In this document: positions 1-16,669 of the stretch, one piece after another
Position numbering within the stretch: the first letter of the stretch is position 1
Layout: each line of letters starts with the position of its first letter
From: Flaccisagitta enflata
Lineage: Eukaryota
Direction: 5' to 3'
Assembly (NCBI GenBank): GCA_965153355.1
Contig: OZ231126.1
Coordinates: 14,508,001 to 14,572,000, forward strand
Length of the DNA: 64,000 nt
Translations under genes and position numbers: made by a program
Notes under the pieces: model-generated
What the model saw: only the letters and a program-made list of their open reading frames with translations
What the model was told of the DNA's origin: nothing
Database searches by the model: none

Positions 1-43
1 TTGACTGTGGTTGTGCAAATGATGTCCGATGCACTCAATGATA

Positions 44-454
44 CTACACGAATTTAAAAAAAAGACGCACCTATTTATTTGCTGATAAAACTGGCTTAAA
101 AAGTATCAAAAAAATTTTACAGAGAAAATGATTTTGAAGATTTTCAAATTATCTTTCATTTTAGACCAATCCCAGATCTGTATCTTTAACGGTTTAGGAG
201 CTAGAGCTCTTTAAAGTGAGACACTATTTTACTAAATTGCATCTTTTTCAAAGGGACTGCAAAAACAAATATAGCAACATTTAAACTCAAACTAATGCCA
301 TTCCCAAACGAAAAAAGATAGAGATACCAGATTGGCGCCAAATGAAAGAGTTTTTCCAGGGCTTCAAAATGGTCTAAGATTTTAGTTAGTTTTCTTGATT
401 TTCAAAGGCGCAATCAGCCATTCAAAAGTGCGTCTTTTTTTTTAATTCGTGTAG
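44..454. mobile_element. Tc1/mariner-type MITE
   Basis: TIRs CTACACGAATT(T)AAAAAAAAGACGCAC at 44 and its reverse complement ending at 454; TA on both flanks (42-43, 455-456); no coding capacity. Confidence 0.8.
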
Positions 455-1450
455 TACTCTTAGCATGTGTTATTTGTCCCCATGATCCCATCTTTTTTCA
501 TTCCACATTAAGATGCTTCTTAGATTACATTTGATTTGCTTGACTTAGAATCTTGTTTACAAGAACACTGAAAACATTGAAAACAATCATAGCAACGTCG
601 TCAGCCTCAAAACGGAGAATTTCAGAACATTAGAACTTTATCTACTCAAGGCTAATGAAGGAACTGTAGTAAACAAAAAAATATAACTGCGTTATTGAAG
701 AGGTTGACGTAAATCAGTCTTACACTAAAATTTGATTTGTTTATGATTGATATCTTGGTCCTGATATCCTTTCAATTGACTATCATAGTTGTATAGCCAT
801 TGTACGCACAAGCAGGCGAACATAAGAATCTCGTAAGAGCGATTTGAGTTTCATACAGAACGAAGAGCTCTAATTTCATCGAATAAAGTTGACCTTACTT
901 GATATTGATTAAAATGGATCTCATTAGTAGAGAGCGATCAAAGCTTTCTAGTTGTGTCAATCAATTTCGAATGCATATGCGTGCGCCATTTCATTTTTAC
1001 AACTAAATCAGTTTTCATTGAAGTTGTTAGTACTTGTCAGATTTTACTGTGGTTCTACTTTTCGTCTTTACAGAAAAAGTAATTCATAAAACTGCAATAT
1101 GCATATTAGGGTCCAATCACTAACACGATCTGCAATTCCTTTCCCATCAGCACTCATTGTTATCAATTTTACTTGTAATTAAGTTTGTGCGCCAGGTAAC
1201 CGATTTACCGAGGGCGTGCCTGGCCGACAGACCTACGCACGAATGTACCACATCCTCGGAATTCTAGTTCTATCAAAAACTGATTCAGATTTCATCATTC
1301 AGATACGATTTCAAATCAAGCATATTCAATCATGTACGCGTAATTCTATCGCCAAATGGATGTCATTTGTGCAGAAGTACTCTCAATCGCAATTTCATGT
1401 CAAAAATTGATCCAAATCCTAATTTTCAAATAATTATGTCAATCGAACAG

Positions 1451-4869
<3,419 letters not shown>

Positions 4870-6624
4870 AAAAAGCTTGGGAAGATCAATGATGGATAAA
4901 TGTTGAACAAAAACCCGCCACACAAAATTCTCTCGGAATGGCAAACACGTGATGATGATGACTCTCTTCAAAAATGAATAAAAAACTTTCTATTAAAAAT
5001 TGATAATTTCCATTTCAATTCAAATAACTTATTTCATGGAACTGCTGAGCGAGGGGCACAACCGACTGATCACTTGACCTAGAGATTATTTGCAAGAATT
5101 TGTTGAAACCGTCAGTGTTGTTAAAACAAGGCGCTGGGATGGGTTCTGGATCGCTTTCAACCTTATAAAAAAGTTATATCTATATCCTATTGTATTGAAT
5201 TTATATCAGATTTACATATTTGATGTACAATATTTTTTTTTCAATTTAGATTCTTTGTTGCAAAGATGTGATGTTACACGTTTTCTTCCTTATAAGAATA
5301 TTTATAAACGGAGGTTCGTATTGTTTGGCATGGATACAAATTGTGCGTTGCCATATTCAATCTCATAAGAGCAATATTATCAACTTTTTGCCCGAAACAC
5401 GGTCGCGCAACTGTCCCCATTTATCGATGATATCGATTTATAATCTAGGTCAGATAATGACTTAACACACAAAAAGATATTCTGTTGCACCCATGTACTT
5501 GATTGATTGTCATTGACATGATCATTAATTGCAAATTGAGTTGGATTTTAGTGATTGTGTTCTATTATATCTTCTGTTTTGGTTCAATCATCCGTGTATT
5601 CAAATGTTTGCAATCATAATTGTGTCACGTCGTAGAAAGATTGATAGACAGTCAATCGGTTTTAAAAGGAAAGAAATAATAGCCGCAAAAGCGTTACATG
5701 GTCAGCGGTAACCGTTGCCCTTTTATGATTTATTTCATGTTATCTATTGTTACCCGGCAGCGGCCCCGGAGGGGCAGATGACCTATGATTCCAGACAGGA
5801 GAATATTATTTTAGATTCGTCAGTCAGGAACGACTATCTATGATATGGATGTCTGTCTGGCAATTCTGAACTCTTTGGATTATTCAAGACAAATTTCCAT
5901 GTATTTAATGGGGATTTTTGTATATTTTGATCAATTTACCATGATATTTAATGAGTATTTTAGCACTTTAGCATTATTTTGGCCATATTACACGCTATTC
6001 AATGGGAATTTTAGTGATTTTGGTTTTGATAAATTTTCCATGTTTTTGAATGGGAATATCTCTAATTTGGCAATTCTATGTTTTTTGGTGGGGGGGGGGG
6101 GCATCGGAAACCGGATTTATTAACCATGATTTTAAATGAGAATTATAGCATTTTAGCAATATTTTGATTATTTTCCATGCTAGTCAATGAGAGTTTTTGT
6201 ATTTTTTCATCAATTTACCATGATATTTAATGAGAATTTTAGCATTTTGACATTATTTTGGCCTTCTTACACGATTCAATGGGGATTTTAGCAATTTTGG
6301 TTTTGATAAATTTTCCATGTTTTTCAAGGGGAATATCTGTAATCTGGCAATTTTATGTTTTTTGGTTGGGCGGGGGGAGGGGACACCGGAAACCGGAAAA
6401 TTTTCCCTGTATGGAATCATAAGTCATCTGCCCCTCCGGGGCCGCTGCCCAAACAGGAAGAAAAAAAGAAAGCGAAAGATAGGCGAAAGAAAGAAAGAAA
6501 GAAAGAAAGAAAAGCCGAAAGAAAGAACGAAAGAAAGAAATAGAAATATAGGCGAAAGAAAGATAGGCAAAAGAAAGAAAGGTAGGGGAAAAAAAGAAAG
6601 GCGAAAGAAATAAAGAAAGAAAGA

Positions 6625-6764
<140 letters not shown>

Positions 6765-6774
6765 AAAAGAAAGC

Positions 6775-6845
<71 letters not shown>

Positions 6846-7296
6846 CAAGAAAGAAAGAAAAAATGAAAAAAAAAGAAAGAAAGGAAAAGAGAGTACAGAG
6901 CCTCGTTGCACATGCACAAATTACAGATATAGCTTGCCCATCGAACGCACGACCTTATCTAACTTGGGAAGAAAATCCAGATGGAACTCATTTTCCTACA
7001 GTGAAATCGCGAAAATGATAGGAAAAAAAAAGCTACCTTATCTCCCCGTTCATTCTCACTTTCGATGCGGTGAATTTGTGGGGGGAAAGTTTGAGCCGAA
7101 CCACAGAATTTCGGTTGGGTTCCGTGAAGAAGAGAGAAATTTCCGTTACGCGATCGAGTGCCAGAAGGAAATATAAGAATTTTTCATTGCCGAGGTTCGT
7201 AGTTCAACCATAAGACTTAAGGTTACCTCCCTTAGGCCTTACATCATGGAAAAGAAAAAAAGTTCAATCTCTCTCTCTCATTCTCTCTCTCTCTCT

Positions 7297-7362
<66 letters not shown>

Positions 7363-7452
7363 AAACCCCCTCTGTTTCCCCATCCCAACCCTCCCCTCAC
7401 GCGCACTCGATGATGCGCGGTAAGTGTGGCCCTAATTGAACCTGGCTACGCG

Positions 7453-7459
7453 TATAAAA
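7453..7459 (+). promoter_or_regulatory. TATA box of MLC paralog 2, preceded by a (CT)n tract
   Basis: TATAAAA ~100 nt before the ATG|GT first exon; same layout and alignable 5' UTR in paralog 3. Confidence 0.7.
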
Positions 7460-7555
7460 GCCCAAGCGGAAGAGGTACCTTCTCATCTTCACGTTGGAAA
7501 GGATTATTTTCAAGGATAAATTTTCCTTTTGTACGGTTGATCTCATCACATCAAA

Positions 7556-9803
7556 ATGGTAAGGGTTTTAAAATCTTTTAAATGTCATTGTATACAATAA
7601 CAAGCCCAAGAGGGCAACAGTCGTGTGCGATTGGAAATAACAAACAAAAGAGCAAAAACATGTTTAAATGTTAAGAATGTTTAAAATTTTTAAAAACCTA
7701 AAAAATGTTAAAAGAGGTTAAAAGATGTTAAAAAGGTTAAAAAAATCTAAAAAGGTAAAATGTTTAAAAAAAGTTAAAAAATGTTAAAACATATTCAAAA
7801 ATGTTAAAAACCGTTAAAAAACTATCCAAATTTTAAGAATGTTACGGAGGGACGGACCTACCGACAGAGCAAGGTGTAGAGTCGCGTGCACGCGAATAAA
7901 AATGTCTAAAAAGAGAGACAGAAAAAAAAACCAAAAAAAGAAAAAAAAAAAAAAAAAAAAAAAACAACAAAATATACTAAGTTGGCCTAATTTCAAAAGA
8001 TACATATACTTGTTACATGGTAGATGACGGAATTGAAAATGATTTTGAATTCACGAGAAACAAATCCTAAAAAAAATTGTTTCGGAACAGCATTGCTCCT
8101 TTATTCAAATGTCAAGTAAAAATTTCATGGCAAAAATGATGAGTATTCAAATGTTAGGGAAGCAAGAAATCATAAGGTTTAAAACCGATTTGTTCATTTC
8201 ATTCATTCATTTTCATTCATTTATTCGACTTATTCATTTGGCAGAGTGAAGCGAAGGACGCCTTTGTCATTTTTGACGAGGCCTACGAAGGCAATGATGT
8301 TGATGCCTTTTACTTGGGCGATATCTTGAGAGCTCTTGGATGCACTCTCACCAACAAATCCATCGTTGAGCTCGGAGGAGCCACCGAATTGGGTAAATAG
8401 TCGGTTTGGTCTTTATATGGGCGTGTTTCTTGCGACGACCAAAAACGCGTTTTCAGTGTGAACACATGTTCATGAATTTCCAGTCCCATAGGGGATTGAT
8501 GAAAGTGAGTGAGCGAGTCCGTGAATGGAGCTAGTAAGCGCTGCCGAGCGAGTGAGTGGTGCGAGCGAATGAAGGTAGCGAGCGACCGAGTGGCCCATTC
8601 AAAACGCGATTGTCTGTGACTTGAAACGCGCCCTTAATCTGACCATGCATATCTTTAAAGGGCTGTGTTCGTCTATTTGTCCATCTGTTGGTCCCCCTCA
8701 AAGACGTTAAAGATTCTGGTCGCAAAAAGAACATGATTTGTACTCCATAATGTCATCCGCTGAATCATGGATGACTCATCGATTGGTCGCTTTTAGCTTT
8801 TATGCCATATATTCGTTAATTTCATGCTGATTTAACATGGTCCATACCATATCTTTTCAAGCAACTCAATGATATGTGTCTCACACAACTACCATTTCAT
8901 AACCATTCCTATATTATCCATTCGTTGTAAAGGTGCCAAGAGGATCGCCTTTGCCGACTTCGACCCGATTTTGAAGAAGGCCAAGGGAATCACCGGAGAC
9001 ACCGGATGCAAAGAGGACTACATTGAAGGCCTCAAAGTCTTCGACAAGGACGGTAGCAAGAAGATCAACTGCGCCGAGGTCAAGCAAGTCCTTTGCTCTC
9101 TCGGTACGTCTTTCACAGTGACAAACATGATATATCTTGGACAGATGATAAGTCAGTGTGTGCTCTGTGTGTGCATGTGTGCTGTCTATGCGCAGAATGT
9201 GTGCAGGCTGAGTGTGCATGGTCAATGTGATGGGGAGAAAAAAAATCACGATATTTGCAGAAAAGAAACAAAGGGAAGATTTGGAAAAAAAGTAAGTTCA
9301 TTCATCAAATGATTCAAATCACGGGAAAAAATGGAAACTTTCAATCAGCAACTGATGTCAATTAGAATTATCTTTTTTTTCCTCTCTTGATGTATTTTGC
9401 AGCTGAGAAGATGGAGGAGAAGGAAGCCAACGACATCATGACCCTTTTGGACATCAAGGAGGATGATGATGGCCTCATCATGTACATGGGTAAGTCTTTC
9501 CATTTCACTGAAAAAAAAAGCATTCTTGTTAAAAAAAAAGTCTTAAGATTCACATGAGCATCATTATTAAACAAAGAACAAAAGATAAAGGACAAAGGAC
9601 AAATTCCATGTCTTACAGCAGAGTTTTCCTCTTCATGAGTCAATGATTTGTCCCGAGTAAGCTCATGAACATTCTCAGGTACAGCTTTGATTAAATTCAC
9701 TCTTCCTGGAGGCCCTTTTTAAAATTCATTTCGTCTTTCCTCCTCCATTCCCTTTTACCATACTATAGACTTCATTGAAAAACTCTTGGCCTTCAAAGCC
9801 TAA
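7556..9803 (+). CDS. Mlc1: Myosin essential light chain paralog 2; exons 7556-7558 (ATG), 8245-8392, 8933-9103, 9403-9489, 9769-9803; alternative last coding exon 10212-10246
   Basis: MSEAKDAFVIFDEAYEGNDVDAFYLGDILRALG...CKEDYIEGLKVFDKDGSKKINCAEVKQVLCSLAEKMEEKEANDIMTLLDIKEDDDGLIMYMDFIEKLLAFKA*; all introns GT-AG with compatible phases; AATAAA at 10284. Confidence 0.9.
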
Positions 9804-11050
9804 GTAAATCATACCGAACCTGCCATAGTCAAAATTGTAAGTGTGATTACGCCATTAGTTGGTTTGATAGATGTAAATGATTATGTGTCAGTATGTACTA
9901 GATATCATTTAATAGTAAAAGGTCGGAACAAAATGGAGCAATGTCAGTCCAACATTTCCATTTTGATGTCTTCTGCCTGTTTTGTACCAAATTTGCAAAC
10001 GTGCCCATGGTGATTGAATCTCCTGTACGACTTGTCTTGCATGTAGTTTATATTTCCATGTTAAAAGAAATTGTCTTCGAATATCCCTCAAGGAGTTACG
10101 AAAGACTTTTCGAATTGTTTTGTTCATTTAACATATAAAACCATCTTAGTATTAATGTATTCATTTTCCATTACTAAGAACTTTTTCTCTTTTCCTTCCT
10201 CTCCTGCACAGATTTCATCGATAGATTAATGGAAATGTGCCGTTGATGGATAAAGCGATCTTACAACACACAAGAATCGTGGAAATAAAGTCACACTGAA
10301 TCTGAAACGAAATCCAATGTCCATATATGCACCAGTTTTACTTGTTTGACGATAGTTCATTATTGTTTTTTTGTGGTCATATTTATATCAAACATTTGAA
10401 TAAAATCTTCTCATATTTTTTTATATAAACCTAAAGTGTTTTCTTGTGAATGGCCCCACATGGGAGTTGACCAATTGCCAGTCATAGAGGGGCTTTGGCG
10501 CACCTGAAAAGTCGACATTTGAGGCAAAATTAGCGGCAAAAGTTACAGTCTGAAGAAATGTACTCTAAGCCTAGGGCAGGGATAAGGACTGTCATAGTAG
10601 GGATTAAAAACTCAACATTAGACACAATCAAGCCCTAATTCATAATGAATGGTTGAACTTATCGTACAACGTGGCGAAAAAAGAAAACATGAAAATGAGA
10701 GCGAATTTTTGACTACGTATATTCGACGAGACTTCTTCAGGCTTACAGCAAAAAAAATAAAAAAAATAAAAAAATGGATACATGGATATTGGATAAACCC
10801 GCTCTCATTTTCATGTTTTTTTCCACCATGTTGCACGACGAGTAACACCATTCAATATGCCTCAATTACTTCAACAGTGCATTATCCTTCTTGCAAGCCC
10901 TAATGAGAAGGAAAGGGAGACTGAGAAAGATAAACTAGGTCAAGTAGGCCAATAGGTGCGCCGGGTGAATCGTCAAAGGTGTGCGTGACCGACAGACAGA
11001 CAGACCAACAGACGAACACAACTGATTATAGAGATGCGTTGGCACACACT

Positions 11051-11651
11051 AACTAGTCATCCAAGGATCGCACATGGTCAGCGGTACCCGATGCCCTGCT
11101 TGGGGTGATCAAGTGAAGTAGTGGAGTGAGAGCAGGGCAGCGGCCCCAAAGGGCCGATGTCCTGTAGGACACAGGGGGGAATTTCCAGACATCCTGAGGG
11201 GGAATATAGCAGGCCTAGGAGGTAATTGAGGCGGGGTTTGAGGTCTGGGGGAAGATTTATGCCTAAAGATTAGATTTGAGGTCTGGGGGCAGGCCTTAGG
11301 CCTTCGGGGCAGATTTGAGGCCTGGAGGGCTGATTTGGGGCCTGGAATGCTGATTTGAGGTCAGGAGAGCGGATTTGAGGCCTGGAGAGCTGATTTGATG
11401 CCTTGAGAGCTGATTTGAGGCCTGGAGAGCTGATTTGAGGCCCGGAGAGCTGATTTGAGGCCTGGAGGGCTAATTTGAGGGCTTAGAGGGCCTAAATCAG
11501 GCCTGAGAGTGAGGATATGAGGCCTTGATGGCCAACCAGGGGGGGGGGACGGACGGAAGGACGGACGGACGAACGGACGGACGGACGGACGTCTGGAAAT
11601 TCCCCCCTGTGTCCTACAGGACATCGGCCCTTTGGGGCCGCTGCCCAAAAA
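11051..11651 (-). mobile_element. Helentron-associated (HINE/DINE-1-like) element, family D, with internal ~20-bp minisatellite; related copies near 11660-12178, 12310-12775, 25590-26160, 39240-39888, 49990-50612, 62480-63170
   Basis: ~55-bp subterminal inverted repeats (GGGCAGCGGCCCCAAAGGGCCGATGTCCTGTAGGACACAGGGG), (GTCC)n tract, GATTTGAGGCCTGGAGAGCT repeats, T-run flanks; family assignment is from architecture only. Confidence 0.6.
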
Positions 11652-13078
11652 GGAATAAGTAACTAGTCATCCAAGGATCGCACATGATCAGCGGTACCCA
11701 ATGCCCTGCTGGGAGTGATCCAGTGATGAGGTGTAGTGAGAGCAGGGCAGCGGCTCTAAAGGGCCGATGTCCTGTAGAACACAGGGGGGAATTTCCAGAC
11801 GTCCTGAGGGGGCATATTTCAGGCCTTAGATGACTAATTTAGGCCACTGAAGGCATATTGAAGGCTGGAGAGCAGAAATAAAGCTTGGAAAGCAGATTTG
11901 AGGTTTTTTGGGCAAATTTGAGCCACGGAGGGCTGGTTTGATGCTTTAGAAGCTAATTGAAGGTCTGGAGGGCAGATTTGAGTTCTGGAGGTCAGATTGG
12001 AGGCTGAGGGGGCTGATTATAAGCCTGAGGCTGATTTGAGGCCTCGAAGGCTAAGTTGAGGGCTGGGAGAGCAAATTTGAGGTCTTGATGGCCAATGGGG
12101 GGGGACGGAAGGACGGACGTCTGGAAATTTACCCCTGTGTTCTACAGGACATCGGCCCTTTGGGGCCACTGCCCGAAAAGGCGTTCTCCACGACTATGTT
12201 GTATCCTCTGTATTGCCAAGCTGACCAAGAGTGGATTCACATTTAGTCGCGTGCTACGCGACTCTACACCCCGCTAAGTCGGTCCATTGGTGGGTCGGTC
12301 GGTTAGTCCCCTTTTGGGCAGCTGTCCCAAAGGGGGCGATGACCTTTGCATTCACACATAGGGGAAATTTTTCCTTCTCCTTCTTCTCCTACGTCCACCC
12401 CCCCTCAAATCCCAGTCTTTAGGCCCAAATCCCAGCCTTGAGGCTGAGATTTGAGCCTCTAGGCTGGGATCTGGGCCTCGAGGCTAGGATTTGGGCCTCC
12501 AGGCTAGGTTTTGGGCCTCAAGGCTAGGATTTGGGCCTCGAGGCTGGAATTTGGGCTTTGAGACTGGAATTTGGGCCTTGAGACTGGAATTTGGGCCTTG
12601 AGACTGGGATTTGAGGGGGGTTGACGGAGGAGAAGGAGGAGAAGGAAAAATTTCCCCTATGTGTGAAAGCATAGGTCATCGATCTCTTCGGGGCCACTGC
12701 TCTGCTTTCCCTTCAACTTCAAGCATAACCTACTTAGGCAGGGCACGGGTAACGCATCTAGCGCTTTTGCGACTATTTAGTTTCTCGGCGTTTTTGAGCT
12801 TTTTGACCATACGGCTCCTGCCCAGATGGCCTGATGAACTTCTCCAGCACTGCTCCTGCCCACCCGCTCGCGACTAGGGTAGCCGTGAATCCGGCCTTGT
12901 TTCACACACGTACAACATTGCCTTTGAACTCAATGGCTTGGGATAATTACCTTACTCTTTGGAAATATGTTTGTCTTATGATTTGGATATGATTACTCAG
13001 AGTCACTGGGTGGAATATAATCAGTTGGTGACGAAAGTCCTAATGTAAAGTTGTGAATGATATGGGCTTTTTAAAATG

Positions 13079-13935
13079 GTCGGGAAAAAAGTCGAAGTCA
13101 GTCTTCGACTTTTTGACATATTCGAGAGAAACATGGTTTTCATTTTCTTATGCGGAAGTTGAGGGTCTCTTCCGGCTGATTGGTCCCTCAAACGAAATTG
13201 ATAGGGTAAGTAAATCTAATAATTCTCTTTCATTTGGCGCCAAGCAGAATGCTCTACGACAAAAATTTTTCGCATTATGATTTTTTAAAGATTTATTGCG
13301 AATTGAATTTATTTGCGATTTATTTGCGAATTGAATTTTTTTTTATTTTTTATGATTTTGAGTAGGATCAAAAAAGGAGTGTATCTATGTTTGTTTGAGC
13401 ATGCAAATACAACAAAACATGTTTATGAGCATTGCTGCTCATCTGTAAGGAGAATTCTAGCTCATTTAGCTCATTTAGCTCAGTTTCTTATTATTTATTT
13501 AAATGTGATAAATGAATAGATATTTTGATACATGTTTAAGAAAGCAGATACAAAAAGCATATCAGTGAGCATAACTGCTCATCTGTGAGGGTGTTTTTAA
13601 GCATTTTAGCTCACTTAGCTCATTTAGCTCAGTCTTTTTTTTCTGATTTTTAATGGGATGAATAAGAGTTTTGATGGGAGCATGTAAATACAAGAAAGCA
13701 TGTCAGTGAGCATAGCCGATTGTCTGATTGAGTGATTTTGAGCATTTTAGCTCATCTAACAAATTTGGCTCAGTCCTTTTTTTCTCTGATTTTCAGTGCA
13801 ATCAATACATACAATTGCTCTTGATTTGATCTAATCGAAAAAAAGATTTGCAGTGACTATAGATAAAAGCTTGGTGAAAAGAGACCAATGCTTACGACTT
13901 TTTTCCTCATGGCGACAGCCGCCATTACTGGTAAG
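13079..13935 (+). mobile_element. Dispersed ~860-bp HINE-like element, family E; second copy inverted at ~46140-46985
   Basis: Two alignable copies; 5' AAAAAGTCGAAG..CTTCGACTTTTT palindrome, 3' CGACTTTTTT followed by GGCGACAGCCGCC hairpin. Confidence 0.65.
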
Positions 13936-14053
13936 ATCAGATACGTGTGAGGAATTTGGTGGCACAGTTCAACACACTTTTCTGCATTATCTGATACTCT
14001 TTCTTGTCACTTGCACAATGCACATGGCACAAGTAGCTGACAATTGTGTTTTA

Positions 14054-14642
14054 CTATCTTAGAAATAAAAAGGTTTCCACCAGTGACATTAGTTCATTTA
14101 TTGACATGAAAATGAACACAAATCAATTGTAAATCTATGAATATTTTTTGTTAGCCTCCTTTGACTGAATCACTGTTGCCATCCATCAGAGAAGCAGTTT
14201 GCAGAGCTTCCCTGAGTACTCTTAGTGATAGCGTTCCAGACCTTTCTAAGGATTTTCTAGATCTTTTCTATTGTTATGTTTAAACTTAAAGCTCCAAAGA
14301 GATTCAACAAATCATAAAAAATTTGGTGACGTAAATGCAGCCCTTCAAATTTTCAAGCAGTTAACACAAACCACATCTGTCTAGCTCAATGCATTAAAAA
14401 ATTATTTTTAAAAAATGATGTGTTATCATTTGAAGATTGTGTAGAAATAGCAAAAACAAAATTGAAACATTTCATTCAAAGTTGAATAACTTTTGAATGC
14501 ACTGAGTTAGAGAGATACAGTTTGTGTAGATTGCTTGCAAATTAGAAGGGCTTTAATAATCTCACCAATTTTTTGATAATTCGTTGATTCTAGTCTGAGG
14601 TATATATATAATTGTGCGGAAACCTTTTTATTTCTAAGATAG
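14054..14642 (-). mobile_element. Internally deleted Tc1-like element related to the intact copy at 48292-49697
   Basis: TIRs CTATCTTAGAAATAAAAAGGTTTCC, TA flanks; degenerate transposase C-terminus (WMATVIQSKGG vs RMAAVIAAKGA) and alignable subterminal sequence. Confidence 0.8.
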
Positions 14643-14679
14643 TATGTTTCTATTGAGCAGCTCTTTGGTAAGGTGGATT

Positions 14680-14872
14680 TTTAGTCGCGTGCACGTGACT
14701 CTACAAGCCGCTTTGTCCGTCCGTCGGTCGGTCGGTCGGTTGGTCACACTTTAATTTTTTTTATGATTTTATTTCTTTGACCTCACTGCTCCTGCCCAAA
14801 GGGTCTGGCGACCTCAAATATGGCCCCTGCCCACCCGCACGCGACTTCGGTAGCCGTGTATCCGGCCTTGTT
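14680..14872 (+). mobile_element. HINE-like family A (AGTCGCGTG..CACGCGACT); further copies ~15455-15658, 17880-18066, 18328-18470, 22030-22212, 26670-26825, 30045-30242, 44655-44875, 44905-45108
   Basis: 5' palindrome, (GTCC/GTCG)n tract, 3' CACGCGACT then GCCG-TGTATC-CGGC hairpin and CTTGTT end. Confidence 0.65.
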
Positions 14873-14995
14873 CTTATTAAAAGGATAGTTAAAGTTGTGA
14901 AGGGTCACGATGAAACACAAATTAGAGCTCTTAAGGCTCTTGTCCTTATTTTAGTTTGGTACACCTGGTAATCTCTAATAGAAAAATGTGAGATT

Positions 14996-15275
14996 AATAC
15001 CCGAGCAATACCCGAGCATACCCAAGAAATACCCTAGCAATACCCGAGCAATACCCGAGCAATACCCAGGCAATACCCAAGCAATACCCGAGCATACCCA
15101 AATACCCGAGCATTCCCGAGTGATACCAAAGCAATGCCAAAGTAATACCCGAGCATACCCAAGCAATACCCAAGTAATACCCAAGAAATACCCTAGTAAT
15201 ACCCGAGCAATACCTGAGCAATACCCAAGCAATACCTGAGCAATACCCGAGCATTCCCAAATACCCGAGTATACC
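14996..15275. repeat. ~11-bp minisatellite (AATACCCGAGC)n
   Basis: Directly visible degenerate tandem array. Confidence 0.9.
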
Positions 15276-16359
15276 CTGGGTTTTAATCTCACCTAAGATT
15301 ACGTGGTGTGGTACATGTAGATTCAATCCCTCATGGCTTAAGCTAGGGAGAAATGCTTCGAGGAGTTCCGGAAACTCAATGACAGGGAAGAAAATTTTGT
15401 TGCTTGTAGTTGGCCGGGGACATTGAAAAAAATGTTCAGAAACAACTACAAATAACAAGGCCGGATACACGGCTACCCCAGTCGCGTGCAGGTGGGCAGG
15501 GGCCATATTTGAGGTCACTTGATCACTTGGGCAGGAGCGGTGAGGCCAAAGACCGCAAAAACCAAAAGAAAGTAAAGTGTGACGGACGGACCGACGGACG
15601 GACCGACGGACGGACCAACAAAGCGGGGTGTAGAGTCGCGTAGCACGCGACTAAAAACGATGTACTTACTTGAATTAGCTACAAAACCCAGGCCAGAATG
15701 GTCGCAATTTAGAGACAACTCTAACTTGATTTACTTGATTTTCTTTGTTTTTGGACACGCAACTCTACAACTTGCCATGTTGGTCCATCTGTCCATTTGA
15801 AATTTTGGCTTTTTTAGATGCGTCATCGCATCTCTATAAGAGGGTCTGTCCGTCCGTCCGTCCGTCGGTCGGTCCGTCCGTCCGTCCGTCCGTCCGTTAC
15901 ACCTCTTCTAATATCACGCAGATGACGCATCTAGTTGCCCGCTCGGGCTTGTTCAAGTGTTGTAGGTTATTGTAAGTTATGTGAGTGTGAAATACTGTTG
16001 TACTATAGTTTTGTAGTGTTGAGACATTTCTCCTGCCAGACCATCTGCGTTGTTGGCCTTGTTAGATGCGTCATTGCAATTCCATAGGAGAGTCTGTCCA
16101 TCGGTCGGCCCTTATATTGGTCCGCAACGCCTCTTCATAAATTGCGCGGATGACGGGCTTGTTCTAAGATATAGCGGGCCGTGCACACGACAAGAAAAAT
16201 AACATGGGTCATCAACCACTTTGGGGCTGCTCCCAAAGCTATCTCGGTAGGTCTTAACATATCCTACCACATCTGGAAACTTTGATGTCAAACACATCAT
16301 TGTTGTTTGGTCAACCACTACAATGAAGCAAAGAATTTTTCACCCTTCCAACACCCCCC

Positions 16360-16448
<89 letters not shown>

Positions 16449-16563
16449 CTCCTTTTCTTAAGATTCGCCCACACGTCATATGCACACACTTAATTCAGAT
16501 CTTTTGGTCAAAATGGTCAGTATGACTTCAATCAAATCTCGCGCCTCCTGCCGCGCTCTTAAC

Positions 16564-16570
16564 TATAAAA
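16564..16570 (+). promoter_or_regulatory. TATA box of MLC paralog 3, preceded by a (CT)n tract
   Basis: TATAAAA followed by a 5' UTR alignable to paralog 2 (CGTTGGAAAGGAT; CCTTTTGYACGGTTGATCTCA). Confidence 0.7.
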
Positions 16571-16669
16571 GCCAAGTTGGTGAAGATCTTTTCTTATCTT
16601 CCCGTTGGAAAGGATACTTTAACACAAGCGAAATCTCCTTTTGCACGGTTGATCTCAACAGCAAAAAAC

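Noticed and set aside
1436-1450. ATG just upstream of MLC1 exon 2 as the start codon
   Set aside because: Out of frame with the light-chain coding sequence
14975-15518. Repetitive ORFs (IPEQYPSNT / YCSGIARVLLG)
   Set aside because: Translation of an 11-bp minisatellite with frame-shifting unit lengths
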